Assembly: GCA_021846515.1 (NCBI GenBank)
Contig: JAJZWU010000008.1
Coordinates: 20,729-84,728 of the forward strand
Direction of reading: 5' to 3'
Length of the DNA stretch: 64,000 bases
DNA from: Actinomycetes bacterium
Lineage (GTDB): Bacteria > Actinomycetota > Acidimicrobiia > Acidimicrobiales > JAMCPL01
Shown here: positions 9,825 to 18,624 of the stretch, piece after piece
How the letters are laid out: the number at the start of each line of letters is the position of its first letter
Position numbering within the stretch: position 1 is the first letter of the stretch
Position numbers and translations under genes: made by a program
Notes under the pieces: generated by a model
Databases searched by the model: none
The model's input: only the letters and a program-made list of their open reading frames with translations
What the model was told of the DNA's origin: nothing

Positions 9825-10187
9825 TCAGCTGTTGCGCAGGCCAGCTCTATTGGTTCGCATCCTGGCGCCAATCTTCCTTCCAAGTCGCAACCAGAGCGGA
9901 TAGGTAGCAAATAGTGCAACTGCTATGGCATGCTTCGACGATGGCATACTGTCATCGCTAAGCGGCAACACTCCGGAATTGAACATGAAATCTCGGCCGG
10001 TCTTCTCTCCGAAAAACTCCCAGAATCTCCTGACCCATCCCAGATTGAGATAGAGAGATATGGATACCACTAAAAATACCAGTAGAATCCCCAGCTCCAT
10101 TTTCTTGGCTGTATCTTCGTCTGACACAACAGAGTCTATTGCAACGCCCGAAGCTACCAGCATTGGCGGATCTGCCAAAAAACTCAT
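9825..10187 (-). CDS. small hypothetical membrane protein
   Basis: 120 aa with 2-3 hydrophobic segments. Its start overlaps the upstream aldehyde dehydrogenase stop by 4 nt (ATGA-type coupling). I recognised no family. Confidence 0.45.
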   Translation of the reverse strand: MSFLADPPMLVASGVAIDSVVSDEDTAKKMELGILLVFLVVSISLYLNLGWVRRFWEFFGEKTGRDFMFNSGVLPLSDDSMPSSKHAIAVALFATYPLWLRLGRKIGARMRTNRAGLRNS

Positions 10188-11731
10188 CCTACTTCTACCT
10201 CCTTGCTATTTATATACATACGTATCGGTGTACCATTTCTATCAACACTATCCTGTCTGTCGCTACCAGGCCTGTAGAGTAAGTCTAACCCCGTTTTCAC
10301 GGCCTTGGCAAGCCACGTTGGTACGGGCATCCATGAAGGTTCTCTGGAAAATCCAAAACGATCCTCTGCAACCGACTTTAGATGCGCCATCTCTCTTAGC
10401 CCTTCGGGGCCATGAGATCTGCCAAACCCAGAATCTCCTATACCCCCAAAAGGCAGCGCTGGTATACCGTATGAGATCATTACATCGTTTACACATACGT
10501 TTCCGGAATGTAATCCAGCTACGAGTTTATCAATTACACGACGATCCTTTGCAAATATCGACGCATTCAGCCCATATTGGCTGTCGTTTGCCAATCTCAA
10601 CGCTTCATCCTCATCCTCTACCTTCATAATTGGCAACAGCGGGCCAAAGGTCTCTTCTCTCATGACTGCCATAGAATGGTCTACCTCAAGAAGGACAGTG
10701 GGCTCCATTGATGGCCTTCCTCCTACATCTACATGCTCCCCGCCGCAGACCACCTTGGCGCCGCGTTCTACGGCATCGGCCAGGTGCCTATCTATAATAT
10801 CGAGTTGCCCTTTGTGTATCACGGCTCCCACATCGTCACTTGGAGCAGTTCCCTGATGCAGCTTTGCAGCAAGAGAGATGACTTTATCAACAAATACGTC
10901 ATATACTTCCTTCACTACGTATACACGTTCAGTTGCCATGCACGTCTGTCCGCAGTTTGTAAAAGCTCCCCAGACGGCTGCACGGGCAGCCCTATCCAAA
11001 TTGGCGTCCCTGCATACAATAAAAGGGTCTTTCCCTCCCAGTTCAAGCACAACCGGGGTAAGAGTATCGGACGCGGCACGCATCACAGCTTTACCGCTCC
11101 TAACAGACCCGGTAAAAGCTATTTTGTCCACCCCGGAACGCACCAACGCCTCGCCGGTAGGACCGTGACCGGTAATTACCTGCACCAGACCTTCGGGAGC
11201 GCCGGCTTTTGCTATCAGGCTTCCTATAAGCATTCCCGTCTTGGGAGTATATTCGGATGGCTTTAGTATGACTGCATTTCCCGCTGCCAGTGCAGTAGCC
11301 ACAGGCCCCAATGCCAGCACCAGTGGATAGTTCCATGGGCTGATTACCCCTATTACGCCAAGCGGCTCGTATCGCTTGTAGCCACGCTTGTTTATCAGCA
11401 GGCCTGGATACACGGATCTGGTCTTCAGTATTGAAGCCGCATTTGATGCATAATAACTTAGCACTTCGCAACTGACCACTGCTTCACTGACCACTGCTTC
11501 AGTAACTACCTTGCCGGTCTCCTCGATCATGATATCCACGATTTCGTCCATATGCCGTAGAAGCTGAGAGCGGATTGCCCTGAGTAATTTTGAACGCTCT
11601 GTGATCGGTACGTCTTTCCAGTGTTCGTAGGCATTGCGTGCTACTTTTACAGCAGAAGCAACGGTATCCTCAGAAGAATCTTCTTTGGAGAATTCCTCCA
11701 GTATTTGTGGACTTAATAAGCTACTCATCAT
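10184..11731 (-). CDS. NAD(P)-dependent aldehyde dehydrogenase
   Basis: 515 aa. ALDH signatures are present: VVLELGGKDP (catalytic Glu) and FTNCGQTCMATERVYV (catalytic Cys), plus EETFGPLLP. Confidence 0.9.
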   Translation of the reverse strand: MMSSLLSPQILEEFSKEDSSEDTVASAVKVARNAYEHWKDVPITERSKLLRAIRSQLLRHMDEIVDIMIEETGKVVTEAVVSEAVVSCEVLSYYASNAASILKTRSVYPGLLINKRGYKRYEPLGVIGVISPWNYPLVLALGPVATALAAGNAVILKPSEYTPKTGMLIGSLIAKAGAPEGLVQVITGHGPTGEALVRSGVDKIAFTGSVRSGKAVMRAASDTLTPVVLELGGKDPFIVCRDANLDRAARAAVWGAFTNCGQTCMATERVYVVKEVYDVFVDKVISLAAKLHQGTAPSDDVGAVIHKGQLDIIDRHLADAVERGAKVVCGGEHVDVGGRPSMEPTVLLEVDHSMAVMREETFGPLLPIMKVEDEDEALRLANDSQYGLNASIFAKDRRVIDKLVAGLHSGNVCVNDVMISYGIPALPFGGIGDSGFGRSHGPEGLREMAHLKSVAEDRFGFSREPSWMPVPTWLAKAVKTGLDLLYRPGSDRQDSVDRNGTPIRMYINSKEVEVG

Positions 11732-11751
11732 CTACCTGCCTTTCTTCATAA

Positions 11752-12741
11752 TCATGGTCTGGCCCCTATCTCCGCATGTGCAGTACCTTGAAGCATCCAT
11801 TGATGATAGGGTTCCCAACTAAAAAAGCTGGTCCTTCTTTCCAGTAGTACAAGCGCATCCGAGAGTTCGCAATTGGTACATGTTGCCGATGAACCATCAG
11901 GGTCTTTATAGGGAACTGCAATCGATTCCTTCTCAGGAATTGTAATCTCAGCTCTTATCCTCCAACGCCCCAGGGTGCCCTTCACTGACCAGGTAGGCAA
12001 TCCCAGTGATGTTCTAAACATAGGCGCCGCTGCCATGGGATCCTTCGGCCAATCAATGCCACCCAGACGTAATTGTAAGAGGGTGAACGGAGGAAGTGAT
12101 GACAGACCTGGCCGAGTCGGTGTTGCGGAGACCACCTCAAGCACGTCACCACCTCCCAACTCCGCATGAAGCCACCCCCATCTCTTTGAATTGCTGTGCG
12201 AGTATATGTGAGCTATGTTCCCTCTTGTGGCACCTGATAATTCAAACGGTTTTCCATCCAAATGTATCGTTCCACTAACTACTGTACTGGCTACCGGAAC
12301 CACCTGTGCCCCGGGAAGGATCTCTTTTGACCATGCCCAGCTTGGAAATGTAAAAAGGGTCTTTGCCGATTTTCCATCTTTTAACGTAAGGTTCCACCCC
12401 AATCGTTCCAACTTGCCCTCAAGTCCATCCGAGGTAATTACCATACCGCCCATAACGGGAATACTATCTTGCTGCCCATCTGTTGCAGTAATCAACCCTG
12501 ACCCTATCTGGATCGGACCAAAACGTTCCAATACTGCATCCATGCCCTTACGGAAAAAAACGACCCATCCATGGATATAGGGTGACTCGCTTGCTACCGT
12601 GGGTGACACAAGTTCATTATGGATCCACAGTCCAATACCGGTATCCGGATCAGATATAGTAGCGTACCATACCTCCAATCGTCCACGCTGGTGTCTCCAA
12701 CGCATAGAGAGATTATTATAGGTCAAGTCAGTACTGTTCAT
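11752..12741 (-). CDS. hypothetical beta-rich protein, possibly tocopherol-cyclase-like
   Basis: 329-aa ORF, first gene of the minus-strand operon. It has only a weak resemblance (RGNIAHIYSHSNSKRWGWLHAEL, C-terminal GTAHAEIG) to tocopherol cyclase-like proteins. Function is unknown. Confidence 0.5.
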   Translation of the reverse strand: MNSTDLTYNNLSMRWRHQRGRLEVWYATISDPDTGIGLWIHNELVSPTVASESPYIHGWVVFFRKGMDAVLERFGPIQIGSGLITATDGQQDSIPVMGGMVITSDGLEGKLERLGWNLTLKDGKSAKTLFTFPSWAWSKEILPGAQVVPVASTVVSGTIHLDGKPFELSGATRGNIAHIYSHSNSKRWGWLHAELGGGDVLEVVSATPTRPGLSSLPPFTLLQLRLGGIDWPKDPMAAAPMFRTSLGLPTWSVKGTLGRWRIRAEITIPEKESIAVPYKDPDGSSATCTNCELSDALVLLERRTSFFSWEPYHQWMLQGTAHAEIGARP

Positions 12742-12877
12742 ATGTAATAAAAGTTTACCTTAGATGGACGAGACAAGCCAGTGAATCGATTCCTTGTTAG
12801 TGATCAGTGTCCGGTTAACGGAGGCAAGATGACCAATTGGTAGACACAAGCACTAAAAATGTGCCAAGCTAGAGGAC

Positions 12878-14599
12878 ATGACCGAAGAAAATACCACTCA
12901 AGATTCGATTCAAGACAAGCCTCAAAAGGGGACTGCTGGCGTTGCTGGCGCTAACAGCGCAACCGGCCAAGAGGCTAAAACGGCTATAGCACGATCCAAT
13001 GTTGTAGAGCGACCAGATGCAGAGTCATCAAGCAAAAAAGATACTCCATCAACGAGAGAACCGGTCAGCCGGTCAGCCAGGAGGCGGTCAAGTGGGGCAA
13101 GTAAGGGCAGTACCACTTCTACAGAGCAGATCCTACCTGACGGATTCCACTTTGGGGTTGCCACGGCCGGCTTCCAGGTGGAGGGCGGCTTCAATGGGCC
13201 GGGAGAACCAGCAAACAACTGGCTCTGGTGGGAGATGGAAGGTAAGGTAGAGCCCTCCGGTGTTGCGGTTGACTTCTGGAACAGGTACGAAGAGATGCTT
13301 GACCTGGTAGCCGGGATGGGCTGTGATGCTTTTAGATTTGGAATAGAATGGGCCAGGGTAGAGCCACACCAGGGAGATATAGATACCGGTGCGCTCGACA
13401 GGTACGCAGATATTGCCAAAGCATGCAAAGATAGAGGGCTGGAACCGCTTGTCACTCTTCATCACTTTACTCATCCATCCTGGCTGGGAGAGGACTTCTG
13501 GCTTATGCCCGATGCACCAATCATGTTCTCCAAGTGGGTAGAACTTGCAGCCAGTCGTTTGAAAGATTATGTATCCAACTGGGTAACGATAAACGAAATG
13601 AATGTAATAGCCATGGGGTCGTATCTTTTTGGCATTATGCCTCCAGGGCGTACCGGATCAATTGCAGAGGTTGCCACTGCTACCGATCATCTGATGGCTG
13701 CCCATATAAAAGCATACGAAATAATTCATGAGATACAGCCCGAGGCAAACGTGACCACCAACAATACCTGCGTTAGCATATACGAACTGGATAAGATGCT
13801 CATAGATGTAATTGCTGCTAGAAGTTATGGCGTATCCCGGGACGATCTGGACGAATGGATATACGAACGACGCCAGATATGGTATAGCGAACTACCTCCA
13901 CCCTCTGCACCTGAACAGTTACTTCGAAAGCTTTCCAGCAGGTACTCTCCGGTCGGAGCAACCGGGCGTACCAAAAGACGGAGCTATGTCAAGCGCTCTC
14001 GTGAAGAGACACTACCCGGACGCCTTGCCTACAGCCAGATGGCTATTGATGCCGTATATTCGTCTTCTTACGATATTGCACTGGACTTCGTAGGAATAGA
14101 CTACTACGATCCGGTTGCCACTCATCATGTAGTACTTCCAGGCCATCGGACATCGGGTAGCAGGGTATGGTTGCCGGCAAAGCCATTATGGGAAGACCCC
14201 GAGAACCCGGAGGGCTTGATAACCTACTGCCGTGCCAACTTACTACCCGATAAACCATTGTGGATAGTTGAGAATGGGATGTGCTCCAGGGTACATAACG
14301 GCAGAGCTTACCCGCGCTTGGATTCCCTCAGACGTCCGGATTACATAAGAGACAATCTGGCAGCTATGGTAGACGCTATAGATGCCGGTATTCCCGTCGG
14401 CGGGTACTTTCACTGGACACTTGCCGACAACTACGAATGGGGTAGCTACCAGCCCAGATTCGGTATCTACGGAGTGGACAGGGAAAGGGGCACAAAGATA
14501 CTGCCAACAGATGCAATGGGGTTGGATGCCGCCGGAACATATAGAGATGTTATTCGCGGATTGCGCCAGGGAGACAGGAGCGCACTGCAACCAAGGTAA
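12878..14599 (+). CDS. glycoside hydrolase family 1 (beta-glucosidase-like) with N-terminal disordered extension
   Basis: GH1 blocks are present: FHFGVATAGFQVEGG, TLHHFTHPSWL, TINEMN (acid/base Glu) and IVENGM (nucleophile Glu). The first 85 aa or so are Ser/Thr/Lys/Arg-rich. Confidence 0.85.
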   Translation: MTEENTTQDSIQDKPQKGTAGVAGANSATGQEAKTAIARSNVVERPDAESSSKKDTPSTREPVSRSARRRSSGASKGSTTSTEQILPDGFHFGVATAGFQVEGGFNGPGEPANNWLWWEMEGKVEPSGVAVDFWNRYEEMLDLVAGMGCDAFRFGIEWARVEPHQGDIDTGALDRYADIAKACKDRGLEPLVTLHHFTHPSWLGEDFWLMPDAPIMFSKWVELAASRLKDYVSNWVTINEMNVIAMGSYLFGIMPPGRTGSIAEVATATDHLMAAHIKAYEIIHEIQPEANVTTNNTCVSIYELDKMLIDVIAARSYGVSRDDLDEWIYERRQIWYSELPPPSAPEQLLRKLSSRYSPVGATGRTKRRSYVKRSREETLPGRLAYSQMAIDAVYSSSYDIALDFVGIDYYDPVATHHVVLPGHRTSGSRVWLPAKPLWEDPENPEGLITYCRANLLPDKPLWIVENGMCSRVHNGRAYPRLDSLRRPDYIRDNLAAMVDAIDAGIPVGGYFHWTLADNYEWGSYQPRFGIYGVDRERGTKILPTDAMGLDAAGTYRDVIRGLRQGDRSALQPR

Positions 14600-14620
14600 C
14601 ACCGTGACAAACTAAGTATT

Positions 14621-14649
14621 GACGCGCTGTTCGTGCCAAGTAGCGCGTC
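14621..14649. terminator. hairpin between the convergent GH1 and GMC genes
   Basis: A perfect 8-bp stem, GACGCGCT (14621-14628) with AGCGCGTC (14642-14649), encloses a 13-nt loop. T-rich sequence follows on the plus strand. Confidence 0.4.
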
Positions 14650-14726
14650 GGTAGTCTATTTGTTGCTCTATGATATTGCCGGTCACCAAGTAGGGACGAG
14701 CAAGAGAAGCAGGGGTAGCCAGAGGC

Positions 14727-16706
14727 TTATTTTTGCTCTTTTATAATATTACCGGCCACGGCCAAAGCCAGTGCCATAATGGTTATTTGAGGATTCACCC
14801 CAGGGCAGGTCGGCATTAGGGAACCATCGGCCACCCAGGCTCCCCGGACACCACGAAGTGCTCCTGATGGCTCCACGGGAAATCGCTCGGGATCTGACCC
14901 CGCGGCTACAGTTCCTACGGGATGAAAAGCTGCAATATGCAATGTTCGCGGATCTGACCGTGAAATAACATCATCCAGCTCCTGATCGTTGTGGACTGGC
15001 GGCTGTCCTGGAATTCCAGTAAGCACCTCAGTTGCGCCTGCTGAGAACATAACCTTGGCCGATCCTCTTACAGCTTCCATCAGCCTCTTGCCGTCTCGCT
15101 TGGAGAGGTTGTATATAAGAGTGGCACGATTCCTGCCCATGACTCTGCCTACAGACAGATCGGCTACCATCCCCCCAAGTGTCGCAAGATGATCTGCATT
15201 TTCTATCTCAGCGACTAGCCTGCGCCCAAATCCTGGGAGTATCATTGAACCCATTCCCGGCGGTGTGGCGGTTGCTTCCATCAATATACCGTGCTCTTCG
15301 TGAAGCTGATCTACATACGCGCTTTGCAGCACCCCGTGCCATGCTGTCACGGGTTCCTCAAACCGGCCTGCTACGCCAATAGCAGGATGGATAGCCATAT
15401 TTTTACCGACCATAGGATGGCTTCCAAGCCCACTCCTTCTCAATAGGAGGGGAGTTTCTGTTGTACCGGCTGCAATGACTACCCTGGGAGCAAGTACATT
15501 GAAAATGGAGCCATCCGTGCGAGTTGCCTCCACGCCAATTACCTCCCCACCTTCAATCAGCAGCTTTGACACCCTGGCTTCAGATATTATTCGCGCTCCT
15601 GAGGCGCAGGCTGCAGGTAGTGCGTTTAGATGAACCCCATACTTGGCGTTTTTGGGACACCCAATTGCACACTGGCAGGTTCCTCCGCATCCGGGAGCAT
15701 TTCTATCGAGTGGACCGGTGGACCAATTGAGCTTTCCTGCGCCCTTTATAGCCGTTTTTCCGTTTTTGCCCATAACATTCAGGGGAACCGGGCCAACTTT
15801 GACTATTTCCCATACTCTATCTAGTAACGATATAAAATCATCGGGGTCAGCCAGTCCAAGACCAGCATCATCACGCCAGTGCAACAGCACATCTTTCGGG
15901 GTCTTGTAGCATGTTCCAGAGTTCACCACAGTGGTACCGCCGACAGCCCGGCCAATAGGTAATACTACGGGCGGCTGTCCAAGTGCAGCAGTAGATCCGC
16001 CATCTCTATACAACCCGGCAAAACGATCCAGCGGGTGAATGGTACGGAACTCCTCTACCGTCCAGCGCCTACCCTCTTCAATAATTGCCACGTTAAGACC
16101 CGCCTCTGCCAGCTCCATTGCTGCCATTGCACCCCCGGCCCCGGAACCAACTACGATAGCATCAAAACGCCTTCCGCTCGACCAGGAAATTGAGGGTGTT
16201 ACATCCAGCTTGGCGTCCGGACGCTCTATTGTAGCGTTGCGCGATGTCTCCAGGATCTCATCGGTAGCCATTTCAGCCCCTGATGCGAGCAGTACAAGAG
16301 CCTTCAGGCCCTCCATGGCATTACTGCCAACTGTGGTTTTAGTGAATAATGCGATTACCCTTTCCCTCTCTTCAGCCGTAGCATCGTACAACGACCGTCC
16401 AATCAGAGCTCTTGATGCAAGATTCATTGCAACTGCTCCGGATCGAACAGCCATGTCAATATAGGAAGGCTGGTATGTAAGGTAACGTTTCAGTGCCTCC
16501 GTATTGGCTCTGACGTCTCCCATGGGGCTTTCTACCGGCAATATAGCCCTACAGACCGCTTCAAGCGGACGATCACTCAAACGCAGGCGAGCACTGTTTA
16601 TGTTCTGAGATGAGCCTCTCCTGGCTGCGGGGTTTGTTTGGATACTTCTCTGGCGGCGAGCTAACCTGTTGAACTTCATGTCAATATAATAATGCAATGC
16701 TCGCAC
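14727..16706 (-). CDS. GMC-family FAD-dependent oxidoreductase with about 170-aa N-terminal extension
   Basis: It has the FAD fold DAIVVGSGAGGAMAAMELAEAGLNVAIIEEG and the C-terminal GMC block VADGSLMPTCPGVNPQITIMALA. It has a GTG start, with an alternative ATG at 16679. Confidence 0.85.
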   Translation of the reverse strand: MRALHYYIDMKFNRLARRQRSIQTNPAARRGSSQNINSARLRLSDRPLEAVCRAILPVESPMGDVRANTEALKRYLTYQPSYIDMAVRSGAVAMNLASRALIGRSLYDATAEERERVIALFTKTTVGSNAMEGLKALVLLASGAEMATDEILETSRNATIERPDAKLDVTPSISWSSGRRFDAIVVGSGAGGAMAAMELAEAGLNVAIIEEGRRWTVEEFRTIHPLDRFAGLYRDGGSTAALGQPPVVLPIGRAVGGTTVVNSGTCYKTPKDVLLHWRDDAGLGLADPDDFISLLDRVWEIVKVGPVPLNVMGKNGKTAIKGAGKLNWSTGPLDRNAPGCGGTCQCAIGCPKNAKYGVHLNALPAACASGARIISEARVSKLLIEGGEVIGVEATRTDGSIFNVLAPRVVIAAGTTETPLLLRRSGLGSHPMVGKNMAIHPAIGVAGRFEEPVTAWHGVLQSAYVDQLHEEHGILMEATATPPGMGSMILPGFGRRLVAEIENADHLATLGGMVADLSVGRVMGRNRATLIYNLSKRDGKRLMEAVRGSAKVMFSAGATEVLTGIPGQPPVHNDQELDDVISRSDPRTLHIAAFHPVGTVAAGSDPERFPVEPSGALRGVRGAWVADGSLMPTCPGVNPQITIMALALAVAGNIIKEQK

Positions 16707-16804
16707 AAAAGTGTAATTGGTGGTGTAACATGTTAGATTAATTGGCAGTAATAACGTAATTATAAGGCCGAGTGATTGAGTAAAGACTATTGGGTAAAGG
16801 GGTA

Positions 16805-18436
16805 ATGAGTAAGGAAAAGATACGCAATACAGCAGCAGGAGCAGTCGTTATCGTGATTGTACTGGTGGCAATGTTGATCGTTCCCAGACAACAGGTCGTT
16901 CAAACTACAGGTAACCAGAGTGCTCCCTCAAGTGTAGTCATTCCAAGTGGGGTTACACATCCTCCGGCGCCCGGTACAACCGGTGTTACGGTATCCGGGA
17001 GCAGGTGCGGACCGGGAATTCGCCAGATACCCGGCAATACCTACACCCCAGTATGCCTGCCCAAGTGGAGCGGCAACAATGGTGGAGATACCGCCCCTGG
17101 AGTAACTGCACACCATATAAATCTTACTTACCGGTACGCGACCTCCCAGATACTGCAATTACTCTATGGTTTTGTACCTCGTAGTGTCATCGGTACAAAC
17201 ACCAACACCTTCCATACCTTGGAAACCTATGTGAAGTATTTCAATTCCAGATTCGAGCTCTATGGACGGACCGTATCAGTAAAGAGTTTCGTAGGACAGG
17301 GGAACTTCATTACTGAAGATACAGGAGGAGGAATCCAGCAAGCCCAGCAGGATGCCCTGACAGCATCAACCACATTGCATGCATTTGCCGACATGTCACT
17401 TGTAGATTCAAGTGAAGTATACGAGAAAGCTCTACAGGATCACCATGTTGTCTCCTTCGGGCTCTACCTGGAGGCTCACAGCTGGTATCAGGAAAATGCT
17501 CCATATCAGTTTACCCCAGGACCAAATTGCACCAAAAGCGCTCTTGCCATAGGAGCCATGCTCGGAAAGCAACTTGCCGGCCTCCCCGCAATATATGCCG
17601 GCAACACATCCTTACGAAAAAAGATAAGAAAATATGGCATAGCCTATCCCAATGAGCCTACTGCTCAGACCTGTGCGCATGATATTGTAAAAGATATTGG
17701 CAGATACGGGGTGCCTGTAACTCAGCAGTACGCATTCACTTTCAATCCTGCAGATCTTCCAAGCCAGTCGACGGCGGCAATGGCGCAGATGAAGGCCAAT
17801 GGGGTAACCACCGTTATACTGTCGTCTACCGATCCAGTCAGCCCAATTTACTTCATGGAGGCAGCAGCTCGAGCCAACTACTACCCTGAATGGGTACTCG
17901 AATCTTATTTTGGAGGTCCAAGTTCTGGGCTGGATGGGCCTATGCAAAACTACGGCATCCAAGCTGCCAAGGCAGTTCCCGGAGCAGATAGAGAATTAGC
18001 GGGTGTAATAGCTCCCGGCCAGCCTGCTTATCCGCTCAATCAGGAGCAGGCATACAGAGTATACGTAGCAGAGAATGGCTCACCAGCCGGAATAGCTCCG
18101 ATGTACCAGATGGTTTACTCAACAGTACTGTTCTTCTTCGATGCATTGCAGGCAGCCGGTCCTTACCTCACCCCTCAGAACCTGGAAGCTGGACTAGCCA
18201 ATACAGCGGAGTTGGCACCGTCCAAGCCCGTAGGGAGTTTGGGGGGGTGGTCATTTGGCCCCGGTACATTTGATCCAATGGCGACATTTCAGGTACTTAG
18301 ATTCGACCTCAACAAGCTAAGTCCTGTAAATGGTAAGCCGGGAACTCTTGTAGCATGCGACCAGGGTAAGGTTTTCTACTATACCAAGGCTGGATCGGAG
18401 CTTCCCCGGCACAAGCAGCTTTCCTGTACGTTTTGA
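16805..18436 (+). CDS. ABC transporter substrate-binding protein (type-1 PBP, Liv-like), membrane-anchored
   Basis: The N-terminal TM anchor is AAGAVVIVIVLVAMLIV. It is a paralog of the 22852-24495 product and sits next to the Liv-type permease/ATPase gene. The start is ATG 16805 (the ORF opens at TTG 16790). Confidence 0.75.
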   Translation: MSKEKIRNTAAGAVVIVIVLVAMLIVPRQQVVQTTGNQSAPSSVVIPSGVTHPPAPGTTGVTVSGSRCGPGIRQIPGNTYTPVCLPKWSGNNGGDTAPGVTAHHINLTYRYATSQILQLLYGFVPRSVIGTNTNTFHTLETYVKYFNSRFELYGRTVSVKSFVGQGNFITEDTGGGIQQAQQDALTASTTLHAFADMSLVDSSEVYEKALQDHHVVSFGLYLEAHSWYQENAPYQFTPGPNCTKSALAIGAMLGKQLAGLPAIYAGNTSLRKKIRKYGIAYPNEPTAQTCAHDIVKDIGRYGVPVTQQYAFTFNPADLPSQSTAAMAQMKANGVTTVILSSTDPVSPIYFMEAAARANYYPEWVLESYFGGPSSGLDGPMQNYGIQAAKAVPGADRELAGVIAPGQPAYPLNQEQAYRVYVAENGSPAGIAPMYQMVYSTVLFFFDALQAAGPYLTPQNLEAGLANTAELAPSKPVGSLGGWSFGPGTFDPMATFQVLRFDLNKLSPVNGKPGTLVACDQGKVFYYTKAGSELPRHKQLSCTF

Positions 18437-18582
18437 CGACATCTGATATGATATTTGAAGCCGTAGTAGGAGTTCATAGTGGGTGTGGGAATAGTGACTG
18501 ATAGGGTAGTGGCCATAGAAGGACATGTAGGAGACACTGATACGTTTGCTACGAAATGGGATGCAAGAAGTTAGAAAAGGGT

Positions 18583-18615
18583 GGCACAGGCAAGATGTGC
18601 CGATTTGTATTTATT
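18583..18615 (+). terminator. putative intrinsic terminator/attenuator between the binding-protein gene and the transporter gene
   Basis: Stem GGCACA (18583-18588) pairs with TGTGCC (18596-18601) around a 7-nt loop, followed by the T-rich GATTTGTATTTATT. Confidence 0.35.
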
Positions 18616-18624
18616 AAGGAGTAA

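Noticed and set aside
16726-16735. Perfect 10-bp palindrome TAACATGTTA and TAATTGG direct repeats in the GMC/SBP divergent promoter region.
   Set aside because: The palindrome is short, in AT-rich DNA, and within chance expectation for an 80-nt intergenic region. It is not enough to call an operator.
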